The position numbers and the translations under genes were made by a program. The notes below the pieces were generated by a model. It was not told the origin of the DNA and did no database searches. It saw only the letters and a list, made by a program, of their open reading frames with translations. Of a stretch of 64,000 nt of DNA, positions 34,573 to 44,802 are shown piece by piece. Source of the DNA: Scyliorhinus canicula. Its lineage: Eukaryota. Position 1 is the first letter of the stretch; every line of letters starts with the position of its first letter. Location: the NCBI RefSeq assembly GCF_902713615.1, contig NC_052155.1, forward strand, positions 103,771,103 to 103,835,102, given 5' to 3'.

Positions 34573-34948
34573 AAATATATGAAATACGGTAAGACAAAGT
34601 TATCATAACCATGGATCCAAAGAAAGGGATAATAGGAGAAGTGAGAAAGAGGTTTTAGGTGGGAATTCCAGCGTATAGGGCCGTGATGGTTAAGGAACAA
34701 CTCCCAATGGTGGAGCCAACCTTTTTGGGGATTTCTTTAGGATCCTGGTAATAGTCACATGCCACCAGCAGCCCACTCCTGCCTACTGACTAACTACTGT
34801 TTTACATCAGTACAGTGCAGGGGAAACAATGCCTGGGCCTTCAAATCTCCTCAGTTTCATGTTATGGAGAGTTGGCTAGTTTGCCATCAGCCTCAATTTT
34901 TGTTCGCACAACTCCTGGGTGGGAGTTAAAAGCAAGGTTCTGGTTATT

Positions 34949-35295
34949 ATCATAGAATTTACAGTGCAGAAGGAGGCCATTCGGCCCATCGAGTCTGCAC
35001 CAGCTCTTGGAAAGAGCACCCTACCCAAGGTCAACACCTCCACCATATCCCCATAACCCAGTAACCCCACCCAACACGGAGGGCAATTTTGGACACGAAG
35101 GGCAGTTTATCATGGCCAATCCACCTAACCTGCACTTCTTTGGACTGTGGGAGGAAACCGGAGCACCCGGAGGAAACCCAGGCACACACAGGGAGGATGT
35201 ACAGACTCCGCACAGACAGTGACCCAAGCCGGAATCAAACCTGGGACCCTGGAGCTGTGAAGCAATTGTGCTATCCCCAATGCTACCATGCTGCC
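34949..35295 (-). mobile_element. Full HE1-like V-SINE
   Basis: Head, V-domain and CR1-type tail; near-identical to 44211 and 58483. Confidence 0.93.
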
Positions 35296-35296
35296 A

Positions 35297-35485
35297 AATA
35301 GATGGATTCTTATGACAATTGGCAATGTTTTTTATGGTCATCATCAAACTTGTAATTCCACATTTTTTACTGAATTCAAATCTCACCATCTGCCATGGTG
35401 GGATTCGAACCCAGGACCTCAGAGCATTAGGCTGGGTCTCTGGATTACTAGTCCACTGGCAATACCACTACACCAACACCTCCCC
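35297..35485 (-). mobile_element. 5' half of a Deu-domain (SacSINE1-like) SINE
   Basis: Homologous to 24680-24859 (box A/B, ctagtaatccag, gaatttgaattca). Confidence 0.8.
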
Positions 35486-35711
35486 TGATTATTAAGTACA
35501 TGCTAACTTGAATTTTTAGTTTCTTTTAGTTTTCTCATAATTATAAGATAGCAGACACAACAGACGGAATCTTGTGCTGCTTCGAGGAGTGGGAAGCAAA
35601 GCAGGTAGGAGCAGGAGACCAAAAAAACAACTTACTGACGGTGAGACAAACCTTTACAATTAAGTTCAGGGACATTTGAAGACATGTCGAGCTTCCCATC
35701 GGCAAGTGCAT

Positions 35712-36270
35712 TTGTATGTATCTGCATGTATCGGAGTGTATCTGCATGTACCTGAGTGAATGTGCATGTATCTCCATATATTTGTATGTATCTGTATGTA
35801 TCCCCATATATCTGCGTGTATCTACGTGTATCTGCATATATCTGCGTGCAAGTGAGTCTATCTGCATGTATCTGAGTGTATCTGCATGTATCTCCATATA
35901 TTTGTATGTATATGTATGTATCCCTTTGTATCTACATGTATCTGCATATATCTGAGTGTATCTGCATGTATCTGTGCGTATCTGTGCGTATCTGTGTGAA
36001 TGAGATTATGAGTGTAGGGCTGGTTTAGCTCAGTGGGCTAGACAGCTGGTTTGTAACGCAGAACAAGGCCAGCAGCGCCGGTTCAATTTCCTCACCAGCT
36101 TCCACGAACAGGCGTGGGAATGTGGCAACTAGGGGATTTTCACAGTAACTTCATACTTGTGGCAATAAAAGATTATTATCATTATTATTATCTGTGTGCA
36201 TCTGCATGTATCTGTGTGTATGAGTGTATCTGCATGTATCTACGTGTATCTGAATATATATCTGCGTGTA
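35712..36270. repeat. Degenerate (TGTATC/TGCATG)n simple repeat split by a SINE
   Basis: tgtatctgcatgtatc repeats on both sides of 36017-36190. Confidence 0.9.
36017..36190 (+). mobile_element. SINE family B
   Basis: gggctggtttagctcagtgggctagacagctgg..ggttcaatttcc..(TTA)n tail. Confidence 0.88.
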
Positions 36271-36431
36271 GAATACACATCTTCAGATTTAAAACTATGT
36301 ATGTGTGGCGTGCAGCAGATGCAATAGTCAACTTGCTGGAATTGGAGTGAGTAGCCACTGTTTGTCATTTTGGAGTGTTGATCAATGAGGCAATGCTCAG
36401 TGGTTGTCTTAGGGGTAGGGAAGCTTGCTGA

Positions 36432-36964
36432 TGAAGTGTTGGCTAGTGTAGACTTGAGAGATGAACAGACACTTCCAACACTGATGAAGGTTCAACTCAA
36501 TTTTATTAACTAACTTCTAACTAACTAACACAAGATGACTGTGGGTCTAAATGATGCTAACTTAAACTAGAGACCTAAGCCTTGTCCGAACCAGTTGATT
36601 CTCTCAGCACGTGTTGTAAGTCTGTGCTGGGCTGGATGAGTTCTTGTTACACTGAGAGGCAGCACCCAGAATGAGCGGGAACCGTGGTGCCCTCTGCCTT
36701 TATAGTGTGTGTATTCTAACTGGTGATTGGCTGCGGTGTTTGTACATGTTGATTGGTCCCTGTGTGTGTCCATCAGTGTGTGCCTGCACCATGATATATT
36801 GGTGTATACTATGACTTCCTCCCTTTTATAAAAAATGTTGATGTAGGCATGTGATAATAAATAGTGTGGGTGTGTGAAGAATGTACCTAGCTACGTGTGA
36901 GGTGCGAAGACATATGTACAAATCAGTGTGTCTGCACCATTATATACTGGTGTATATTATGACA
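36432..36964 (-). mobile_element. Internally deleted LTR element: 43-bp 5' LTR stub + about 105 bp internal + PPT + full 3' LTR
   Basis: TSD GCTGA at 36427-36431 and 36965-36969. 36922-36964 duplicates the LTR start at about 36772-36816. PPT (AAAAGGGAGGA on minus) at about 36817-36827. Confidence 0.85.
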
Positions 36965-38521
36965 GCTGAGGGAAGAAGGGAGGGAGTCAGGGGCAGGAAC
37001 AGGACAGAACCAAGAAGGGAAAGTGAAGGTACAGGGACTTGGAAGGGAGGAAAGGGCCTTGCATGTTGGATGTGGGGGTCCTGTGAATGTGTGGAGAGAG
37101 ATGCTCTGAAAGACCAGGATCAGTGCTCTCTGCAATGGGGTCCTGGGGGTTGAACTGAGGATTCTGGGCAATGGAGTGAACAGTCACAATGAGACGGGGT
37201 AATGGGATACAGTCGAGCGGTGGGTCAGGTTCATGGTAGAGTAGTGGATAGTCTCGTGGTGATGGGTGGTCATGGAAATGGACAAAACAGGTAGTGCGGA
37301 TAACAGGAGGGGTCATGGTCAGGGGACAAACTACCTGCCCCATCTCAAGATTTGCCATTCGCATCACACATACATATCTAATAAGCTGACCAATGCAAGA
37401 TCCCGCGTGGCCAGTCATCCCACCCCCGAGCAGAAATCACTCCCACTTCTGCTGGTGCTTCTCAACTTCTATTCCAGGCTGAAAGAAACTGCCCTAGGTG
37501 CCTGAATAGCAACTTTGGAGAAATGAATTTTCATTAATGGAACCTACCACCTTAGTTAATGTCCATATACGTTATCAGTTATGCCTACTCCAAGAAGATT
37601 GACCAATGTCTATTAATTAGGTATTTAAGACGAAAGCATTGTCCAAAGGGATTAATTACTCTGATCTAAAAAACGCGAGTGATCTGCACTTCCTGATTAA
37701 TATACTTCTCGGTAATATGATTTACCATGCCACAAATAAACACTCCACATGGCTGAAAATACACTATTTAGTGCAGCAGGCAAAGAACCACCCTATAAAT
37801 ATGCCAGTGGGTCAATACAGTTGATTTCATTCTCCCCTCACAGAACATCTGATAAGGTCTGACAGGGTACTGCCACTTCATTAATGCTGCACAATGGAAG
37901 AGACGGCCTGAAGGACAAACAACCCTCCTGCGGTAAGCTCGGGGTCTGGCTGCAGCTGTCAGCATAATGCTCGGAGAACAAGAAGAGTAGATAATAATGG
38001 AAAGATGGGCATTCACTTAGCCATTGCTAGCCGCATAATCTTCTTAGCACAGTTCTCATAAACACAGTAAAATACAATTATGTGGTGTGATTTTGCTGCT
38101 CGAAGTTTAATGCTGTCAGTGCGAGTTCAATTATTTCAGTATGGCATGAATATCTTTCGTCATTCCTGTTCCAGGCAAGTATTCAAGCTCAGCAGCTGTC
38201 ATTGAGGTGGGCTGAGATAGATTACAAGTGAATTGCAATATTTAAAACATGATAACGTAAGATATAATCAGCGACGAGAAAACATGCACTTTTATATAAA
38301 ACAAAATATAAAATAATTTGCAAAGTTCTTCAGAAGTATACATTGCAGACTTTGAAGAAATTATATAAGATTTTATATGAAATTAGATAGGCTGCAATGT
38401 TAAATAGAAATGTTAGTTCATGCTCCAGAATAATTGCAAAGAGGTCCTTCAGTCCAGCAGACCATTCTGAATGGGAATGGTTGACAAATACTTATTTTGT
38501 GTTTCATTCATATAGATTTTC

Positions 38522-39214
38522 GGGTGCGATTTTCCTGCCAGTTCCCCAGGGATGCAAATCCTGTTATGGCCGCTAACTCTAACGAGGGGGCCATAATGGG
38601 ATTTGCATCACTGAGAACCCAGAACACAATGTTCCCTGGCCCTCCCGGCTAACGTAATCAGGTTCACGCCAGCCTTATCTTCCAGGTTCTCTGTATGTTC
38701 CCCCCACCAGTGTGATATCACGTCAGCGGGAATCACTACTGGTTTCCAAAAACGGAAACCAGGGGCTGGATTCTCCGACCCCCCGCCGGTCGGAGAATCG
38801 CCGGGGGGTGGGGGGGGGGGGGGGTACGTGAATCCTGTCCCCGCCATCTCCCGAAGTCTCCAGCACCAGAGATTCAGCAGGGGCAGGAATCGTGGCACGC
38901 CTGTCGGCGGGCCCCCCCCCGGCGATTCTCCGGCCCGCAATGGACCGAAGTCCCGCTGCTGTCATGCCGGTCCCGCCGGTGGGAATCAAACCGCCTCTCT
39001 TACCGGCGGGACTGGTAGCGTGTGCGGGCTCCAGGGTCCTGGGGGGGGGGGGGGGGGCGCGATCTGGCCCCGGGGGGTGCCCCCACGGTGGCCTGGCCTG
39101 TGGTCGGGGCCCTCCGATCGGCGGGCGGGCCTGTGCCGTGGGGGCACTCTTTTCCTTCCACATTGGCCATAGCCTTCACGATGCACTTTGCCATTTTTTG
39201 GGAAAATACCGCCG
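38522..39214. mobile_element. Harbinger-type MITE containing a truncated GC-rich MITE (from 38763)
   Basis: Outer TIR GGGTGCGATTTTCC. Inner element starts CAG|GGGCTGGATTCTCC and is homologous to 8089-8490. Confidence 0.75.
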
Positions 39215-39896
39215 TCATCTCAAATCTAGTTGATCTTCTACGGTGCTGGGAAAAAACAAGTGATGTCTCACTTTACCTATAACTGCCTCTGCTGTTCCCC
39301 TTTTCCCTTTGTCATCTTCCATTCATCACTCCCCCTCAATATCTGTCATACACATTTTTATATGTTCCTTTCACCCTTGCCAATTCTAATCCTGCAGTGT
39401 GGTAGCTGCAGAAATTATATTGTGGGGCAGAGATTTCTCTCAGTAGTGTAATAGTGCTCTTAGGACTGCAGAACCATACACCCAGCATGAGCGCAGTTTA
39501 GTGTGAGGTATGCTGGGTGCTATCTTTGTACAGGCATGGACTCCTACAGTCAATGTCTATCCGAGGTCTGCAGAACAGGCAGATCATGATGTCAATCAGC
39601 AAACAATGCTGATTTGACATAATTTTAGCTTTCAGTGCTCAAGCCAATGCCCTCTCTTATCCTGATGAGTATGTGTTATGCAGCAGGAAGGACCTGCCCC
39701 CATTAGCACCAACTACCCACAGGTTGATATCTCCTGCCTGCTGCTACAAATCTTACATGTTTGTGTGCTTTCTGAAGATGTTCCAAGTTTCAAAAATCTG
39801 CAGGAAGTGGTATGGCAGGTGCTGCCGGATTTGTCTGGCTTCTGCACAAAGCGGTTGCTCCCAGTCTCAGGCATTCCCTTGGAGTACAGCATTCAG

Positions 39897-40258
39897 GGAA
39901 ATGGTGCTATAGTGGTAACGTTACCGGACTTGTATTCCAGAGGCCCTGGCAATGCTCTGGGGACACGGTAGCTGGTGGAATTTAAATTCAATTGATAAAA
40001 TCTGGAATTGAAAGCTAGTCTCAGTAAAGATGACTATGATTGCTGTAAAAATCCACCTGATTCACTAACATCCTTCAGGGAAGGATAACTACCTTGCTTA
40101 CCTGATCTGGTCAACATACGGCACCACATCTTTCGCAATGTGGTTCACTCTTACCTGCCCTATGAAATGGCCCAGCAACATTAGTTCAAGGGCATTAAGG
40201 ATGGCGACAAATGCATGTCTTGCCAGTGACGCCTACATCCCAAGAAATAATAAATAAC
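39897..40258 (+). mobile_element. Complete Deu-domain SINE (SacSINE1-like)
   Basis: tRNA head, Deu domain (gaatttaaattca..ttcactaacatccttcagggaagg..gcaatgtggttcactctt..gaaatggcc) and tail shared with the LINE 3' end at 21976. Confidence 0.85.
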
Positions 40259-40299
40259 AGGATAGAGATGAAAAGACATTACAAGCAGGACAAACTGCT

Positions 40300-40925
40300 G
40301 GAAGAGGGAGGAAGAGGAAGGAGAGAAGAGCTCGCAACAGGAGGTCATATCAAGTTATAGTGTTTTGGTAGCAATTCTCCGACCTGAACACCAACGAGGA
40401 ATATTGTATGAGTATCTGCACTTTAATAACGAGGCCCTCACTGAAAACTCTCACCTGTGGCATCCATTACTGCAACCTCAGAGAATGGTGAATAAAACAG
40501 TGCCAGTGACTGGAGAGATTAGCAATAAGTTATAATTATTCATCTAGTGTTGCATAAAGAAGGTCATTGAGTCTCCCTATTAAAAGAGCAATTACTTCAT
40601 TCCATTCTTTCTTCCCAGAGACAAGTAGGTGGAATGCGCACAAGGGTTCACAAGTTTTGCAGAATTCCCCCTGGTGCAGAGTGTCAATGTGCTGCACGCA
40701 TATTGCCTTGTGATCCCACATGTCAAGTCTGTCTGATACTGGAACTGAAATGCATTTCACTCCCTCAGTGTCCAGCTGGCAACAAATCAGTCCGGTCAAT
40801 CTCTGCTATCCTGACAACAGCCATAATGTCTTTATTCTGCAGCAGTCCATTGAATCATCTACATTTAAGCCACCATGGCAAACCAAAGGGTGATTATCTG
40901 GTGACAAGGACTATCTACCAGTAAC
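40300..40925 (+). pseudogene. Harbinger transposase remnant
   Basis: FAEFPLVQ..CTHIAL, FHSLSVQL, YPDNSHNVFILQQS, GDKDY. Heavily frameshifted. Confidence 0.7.
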
Positions 40926-40959
40926 TGCAACCCAATTCTTCATTTGTCAAGAGTTCCAG

Positions 40960-41260
40960 ACTACTTCTCGTCCCCCTGTGTCCAAAGTCCTTGAATTTCC
41001 TACAGACAAACTGCCTGGCATAGTCTGTCATTAGCTGTTGTGGAATGCCATGTATGGCCAAGTGTCTCATCTGTTTCCGGACTACTGTAGTGTTCTTCAC
41101 ATCAGGTAAGTAATCAACCACATATCATCCTGAGAATGAATCAACAAGGAGCAGATACTGTTTCCCATTCTGATCAAATACATCTGCTGCTGTGAGGGAC
41201 TATGGGAGATCTAGAATCCCATGTAGGTGCAGTGGGGAAGGTGAAGTAAGGTGTTCATGC
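40960..41260 (-). pseudogene. Gypsy integrase core fragment
   Basis: AADVFDQNGKQYLLLVDSFSG..HLAIHGIPQQLMTDYARQF..FKDF. Confidence 0.8.
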
Positions 41261-41264
41261 ATGT

Positions 41265-42700
41265 ATCAACTTTGACTTAAACATTCACTTCCTTCCACAT
41301 CAACACAGTGTTGTTTGCATCATCTACAAGATGCCCTGTAGAAACTCACCATGGCTCCTTCGATAGCACTTTCCAAACCCATGGCCACCACCACTCAGAA
41401 CGACAAGGGCAGAAAATGTTCGGGGACAAGACGAGGTTTGGAAGGTGCTGTCGAAGGAGGCTTGCTGAGTTGCTGCAGTGTATCTTCCATAATGTATAGA
41501 CTGCTGCCACCATGCATTAGTAGTGGAGGGTGTGAAGATTTAAAGTGGTGGATGAGGGGCCAATCCAGTGGGCTACTTTGTCCTGTGTGGTGCCCAGTTT
41601 CTTGAGTGTTGTTGGAGCTGCACTCATGCAGACAACCCTAGAGTATTCCATCACACTCCTGGCGTGTGCCTTGTAATTGGTGGGCAGGCTTTGGGGAGTG
41701 AGGAAATAGGTTATTTGCCTCAGCATTCTCAGCCTCTGACCTGCTTTTGTAGCCACCATATTTATTTGGCTAGTCCACTTCAATTTCTGGTCCATGGTGA
41801 CCTCCACGAGGTTGATGGTGGTGATTTAAGTATGCTAATGCCATTGAACGTCAAGGAAATATAGTGAGATTCTCTCTTGTTGGAGCTGGTTATTGCCTGG
41901 CACTTGGCCCAAATATTACGTGCCACTTATCAGTTCAATCCTAGACATTATCCAGGTCTTCCTGCACATGGACATGAACTGCTTCATATCGGAGTTGCAA
42001 ATGGTACTGACCATTGTGCAATTATCAGCGAACATCACTTCTGACCTTATGTTGGAAGGAAGGTGTGGGCAGCACAGTGGCGCAGTGGGTTAGCCCTGAT
42101 GCCTCACGGCACCGAGGTCCCAGGTTCGATCCTGGCTCTGGGTCACTGTCCATGTGGAGTTTGCACATTCTCCCAGTGTCTGTGTGGGTTTCGCCCCCAC
42201 AACCAAAAGATGTGCAGGCTAGGTGGATTGGCCACACTAAATTGCCCCTTAATTGAAAAAAAAAAATGAATTGGATACTCTATATTTTTTAATTTTGTTT
42301 TAAATGTTGGAAGGAAGGTCATTAATGAATCAGCTGAAAATGGTTGGGCGTAGGACACTAGCCTGAGAAATTCCTGCAGAGATGTCCTGGGCCGGAGATG
42401 GTTGGTTCCAACAGCTACAAACATCTTCCTTTGTGCTAGGTATGACTCCAACCAGGGGAGAGTTTCTCCCTGATTCCCATTGACTTCAGTTTTGCTAAAT
42501 ACATCACCTGCTGTTCCTTCATTGTTGCTGGGACAAAATCCTGGAATTCCATCCTTAACAGCACTGTGTGGATGTACCTACACAAGATGGACGGCAGAAG
42601 TTCAAGAAGGCCATTAACTTCTCCAGAGAAATTAGGGATAAGTGGTAAATCCTGGCCCTGCCAGTAGCACCCACATCTCATGAACAAATAATTTTTAAAA
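41265..42700. mobile_element. Two nested opposite-strand copies of the L2/Crack-like LINE 3' region
   Basis: Plus copy at 41265-41427 and 42497-42700 (with tail). Minus copy at 41433-42495 (RT incl. FADN; KAHARSVMEYS). Confidence 0.8.
42065..42303 (+). mobile_element. Short-tail V-SINE with perfect 16-bp TSD
   Basis: ATGTTGGAAGGAAGGT at 42049-42064 and 42304-42319. Confidence 0.93.
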
Positions 42701-43129
42701 ATGATTACACAATCCTCAGCTTGGAAGTTGAAAGAATTTCTGGAACATGGGATGTGAGAAGGAGGGTTAAGTATGAAGGTATCATCCTTCATACTTGCCA
42801 GCACCATCATATAGATGGGTGTTAGAACAGGCACACATTGTCCACTTGTTAGTTTCAGCTGCCTTCAGTTATGCAGCCCCTTCTCCTGCAAAGCAGAGTT
42901 AAGTGTGTCAGTGAGTGTTGTGCAATATGTTTGGATGTGCAGTATGCACAAGTTGTGAGATGTGGATATGAGGCTCACAACAGTGTTAAACATATGGCGG
43001 TGAGGTGAAGTATAGGCATGTTCAGTATCTGTGCTGATTAATGGAGATTATTGGTAGGTGAGTGATAAATCTATTGTGAATTGACAGGGTGTGAAGCCAG
43101 TAGTGCAGGTGGGAGAATATGGCATTTAA

Positions 43130-43340
43130 AGATCCATTCTGACCACTCGTGAAACCATTAAACATCCTGCTGCACTGCATCCATGGACTCAGAGTTGGTG
43201 TTGACCAGCATGGGTATCTGCTCCTGCTTTGTCTGGAGAGCCTCAAGTCATCCATTAATACAGACATCTCTCCAACTATGCATGTTCTTCACCAAGCCTC
43301 CAGTGCAGTGGCAGCATACCTGCATGCCCATGCTCTCCAA
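43130..43340 (-). pseudogene. Harbinger Myb/SANT-like DNA-binding protein remnant
   Basis: PWMQCSRMFNGFT resembles the R-T-W-x-Q-C-R-K-K-F-N-D-L helix of Harbinger Myb-like ORFs. Confidence 0.55.
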
Positions 43341-43697
43341 TATTTAAGTTATTTTTTTTCTTCAGGCCAGATTTAGCTCACATCAGACTCCCAGCAGCTG
43401 TTCAATCCACAATATCCTTGAATTAACAATCATCCAGCCTGATCCACGCTCTGTGGAGGGCTGAGGGCAGCCAGGGAGGGTGGGAAGAGGGTAGGTGCTA
43501 AGAAAAGGAAAGGTGTGGGCTGGCCCTTCCAATGTGCTCCCTCAGGGGGATTGCCACTGCAGAACTGTCTGAAGGAGGTACCAACCTGTAAAAAAAATCA
43601 ACATCAGCAGAAAAACTATGCACGAATGTCTGGGCAGCACAATCATACACTGACCTCAATCCCCAGACACACTTGTTAATTTTATTTGAACCCTGAC

Positions 43698-43970
43698 CAT
43701 AGAACCATACAATTCCTACAGTGCAGAAGAAGGCCATTCAGCCCATCAGGCCTGCACTGACCATCTGAAAGAGCACACTCCCCAGGCCCACTCCCCCACC
43801 CCAGGCCCACTCCCCCACCCTATTCCCATAACCTCACCTAACTTGCACATCTTTGGAAACCAGAGAACTCGGAGTAAACCCACGCAGACACAAGGAGAAA
43901 GTGCAAACTCCACACAGTCTTCCAAGGTCGGAATTGAACCCAGATCCCTGGCACTTGGTCACTCTGCCGC
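43698..43970 (-). mobile_element. HE1-like SINE (diverged)
   Basis: Tail catagaaccatac..cagtgcagaagaaggccattc, V-domain, box B. Confidence 0.8.
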
Positions 43971-44210
43971 ACATCATTTCGATCCAGCCTGGATTAAGCT
44001 CGCAATTTAAATGTAAAGACTGCCTGGCCAATTGGCCCACCTGCAAACCATAAAGGCAGTCGGGCAATCTAAAATCCCAGTCAATTGCTGTTTAATTAAT
44101 TTAAATTGGTTAGTGCTGTTTTTTTCTAAAGTGGCTGTTTCTTCACTGTTTTTTTTCTGATGTTTGTTTACTGGGGAATGTGATGCTTTTAATATGTTTG
44201 TCCCAGTTAG

Positions 44211-44563
44211 ATCATAGAATTTTTTTTACAGGGCAGTAGGAGGCCACTCGGCCCATCGAGTCTGCACCGGTTCTTGGAAAGAGCACCCTACCCGAGGTCA
44301 ACACCTCCACCCTATCCCCATAACCCAGTAACCCCACCCAACACTGACGGCAATTTTGGACACTAAGGGCAATTTATCATGGCCAATCCACCTAACCTGC
44401 ACATCTTTGGACTGTAGGAGGAAACCGGAACACCCGGAGGAAACCCACGCACACACGGGGAGGATGTGCAGACTCCGCACAGACAGTGACCCAATGCGGA
44501 ATCGAACCTGGGACCCTGGAGCTGTGAAGCAATTATGCTATCCACAATGCTACCGTGCTGCCC
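44211..44563 (-). mobile_element. Full HE1-like V-SINE in the L1 spacer
   Basis: Near-identical to 34949-35295. Confidence 0.92.
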
Positions 44564-44802
44564 TTAAAGTTGGGGAGAGGGGGGAGAGAATAATGGGGAG
44601 ACAGACTGCTGGAGCTTAACTTGGGGGGTTGGGTTTCTAGTCTTGTTGCTGGGGGGATGGGAGAGGGGGGAGCTGCTTTGCTGACAGGGGAGGAACTGTT
44701 ACTCGGGGACAAATGGGAGGTCGGGAACGGCGAATGCCCAGGGGGGTGGGGGGGGGGGGGGGTTGTGGAGGTCCTGCGCTAGAGGCGGGCGTAAAAAGGG
44801 TG

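Larger units (their letters stand above)
39424..44105 (+). mobile_element. Relic of an autonomous PIF/Harbinger element with multiple nested insertions
   Basis: Left end GGGGCAGAGATTTCTC and subterminal blocks shared with 62380. Transposase remnant (+) and Myb/SANT remnant (-) in convergent orientation. Confidence 0.6.

Noticed and set aside
35541-35955. ORFs of 118 and 79 aa
   Set aside because: Translations of the (TGTATC)n simple repeat.
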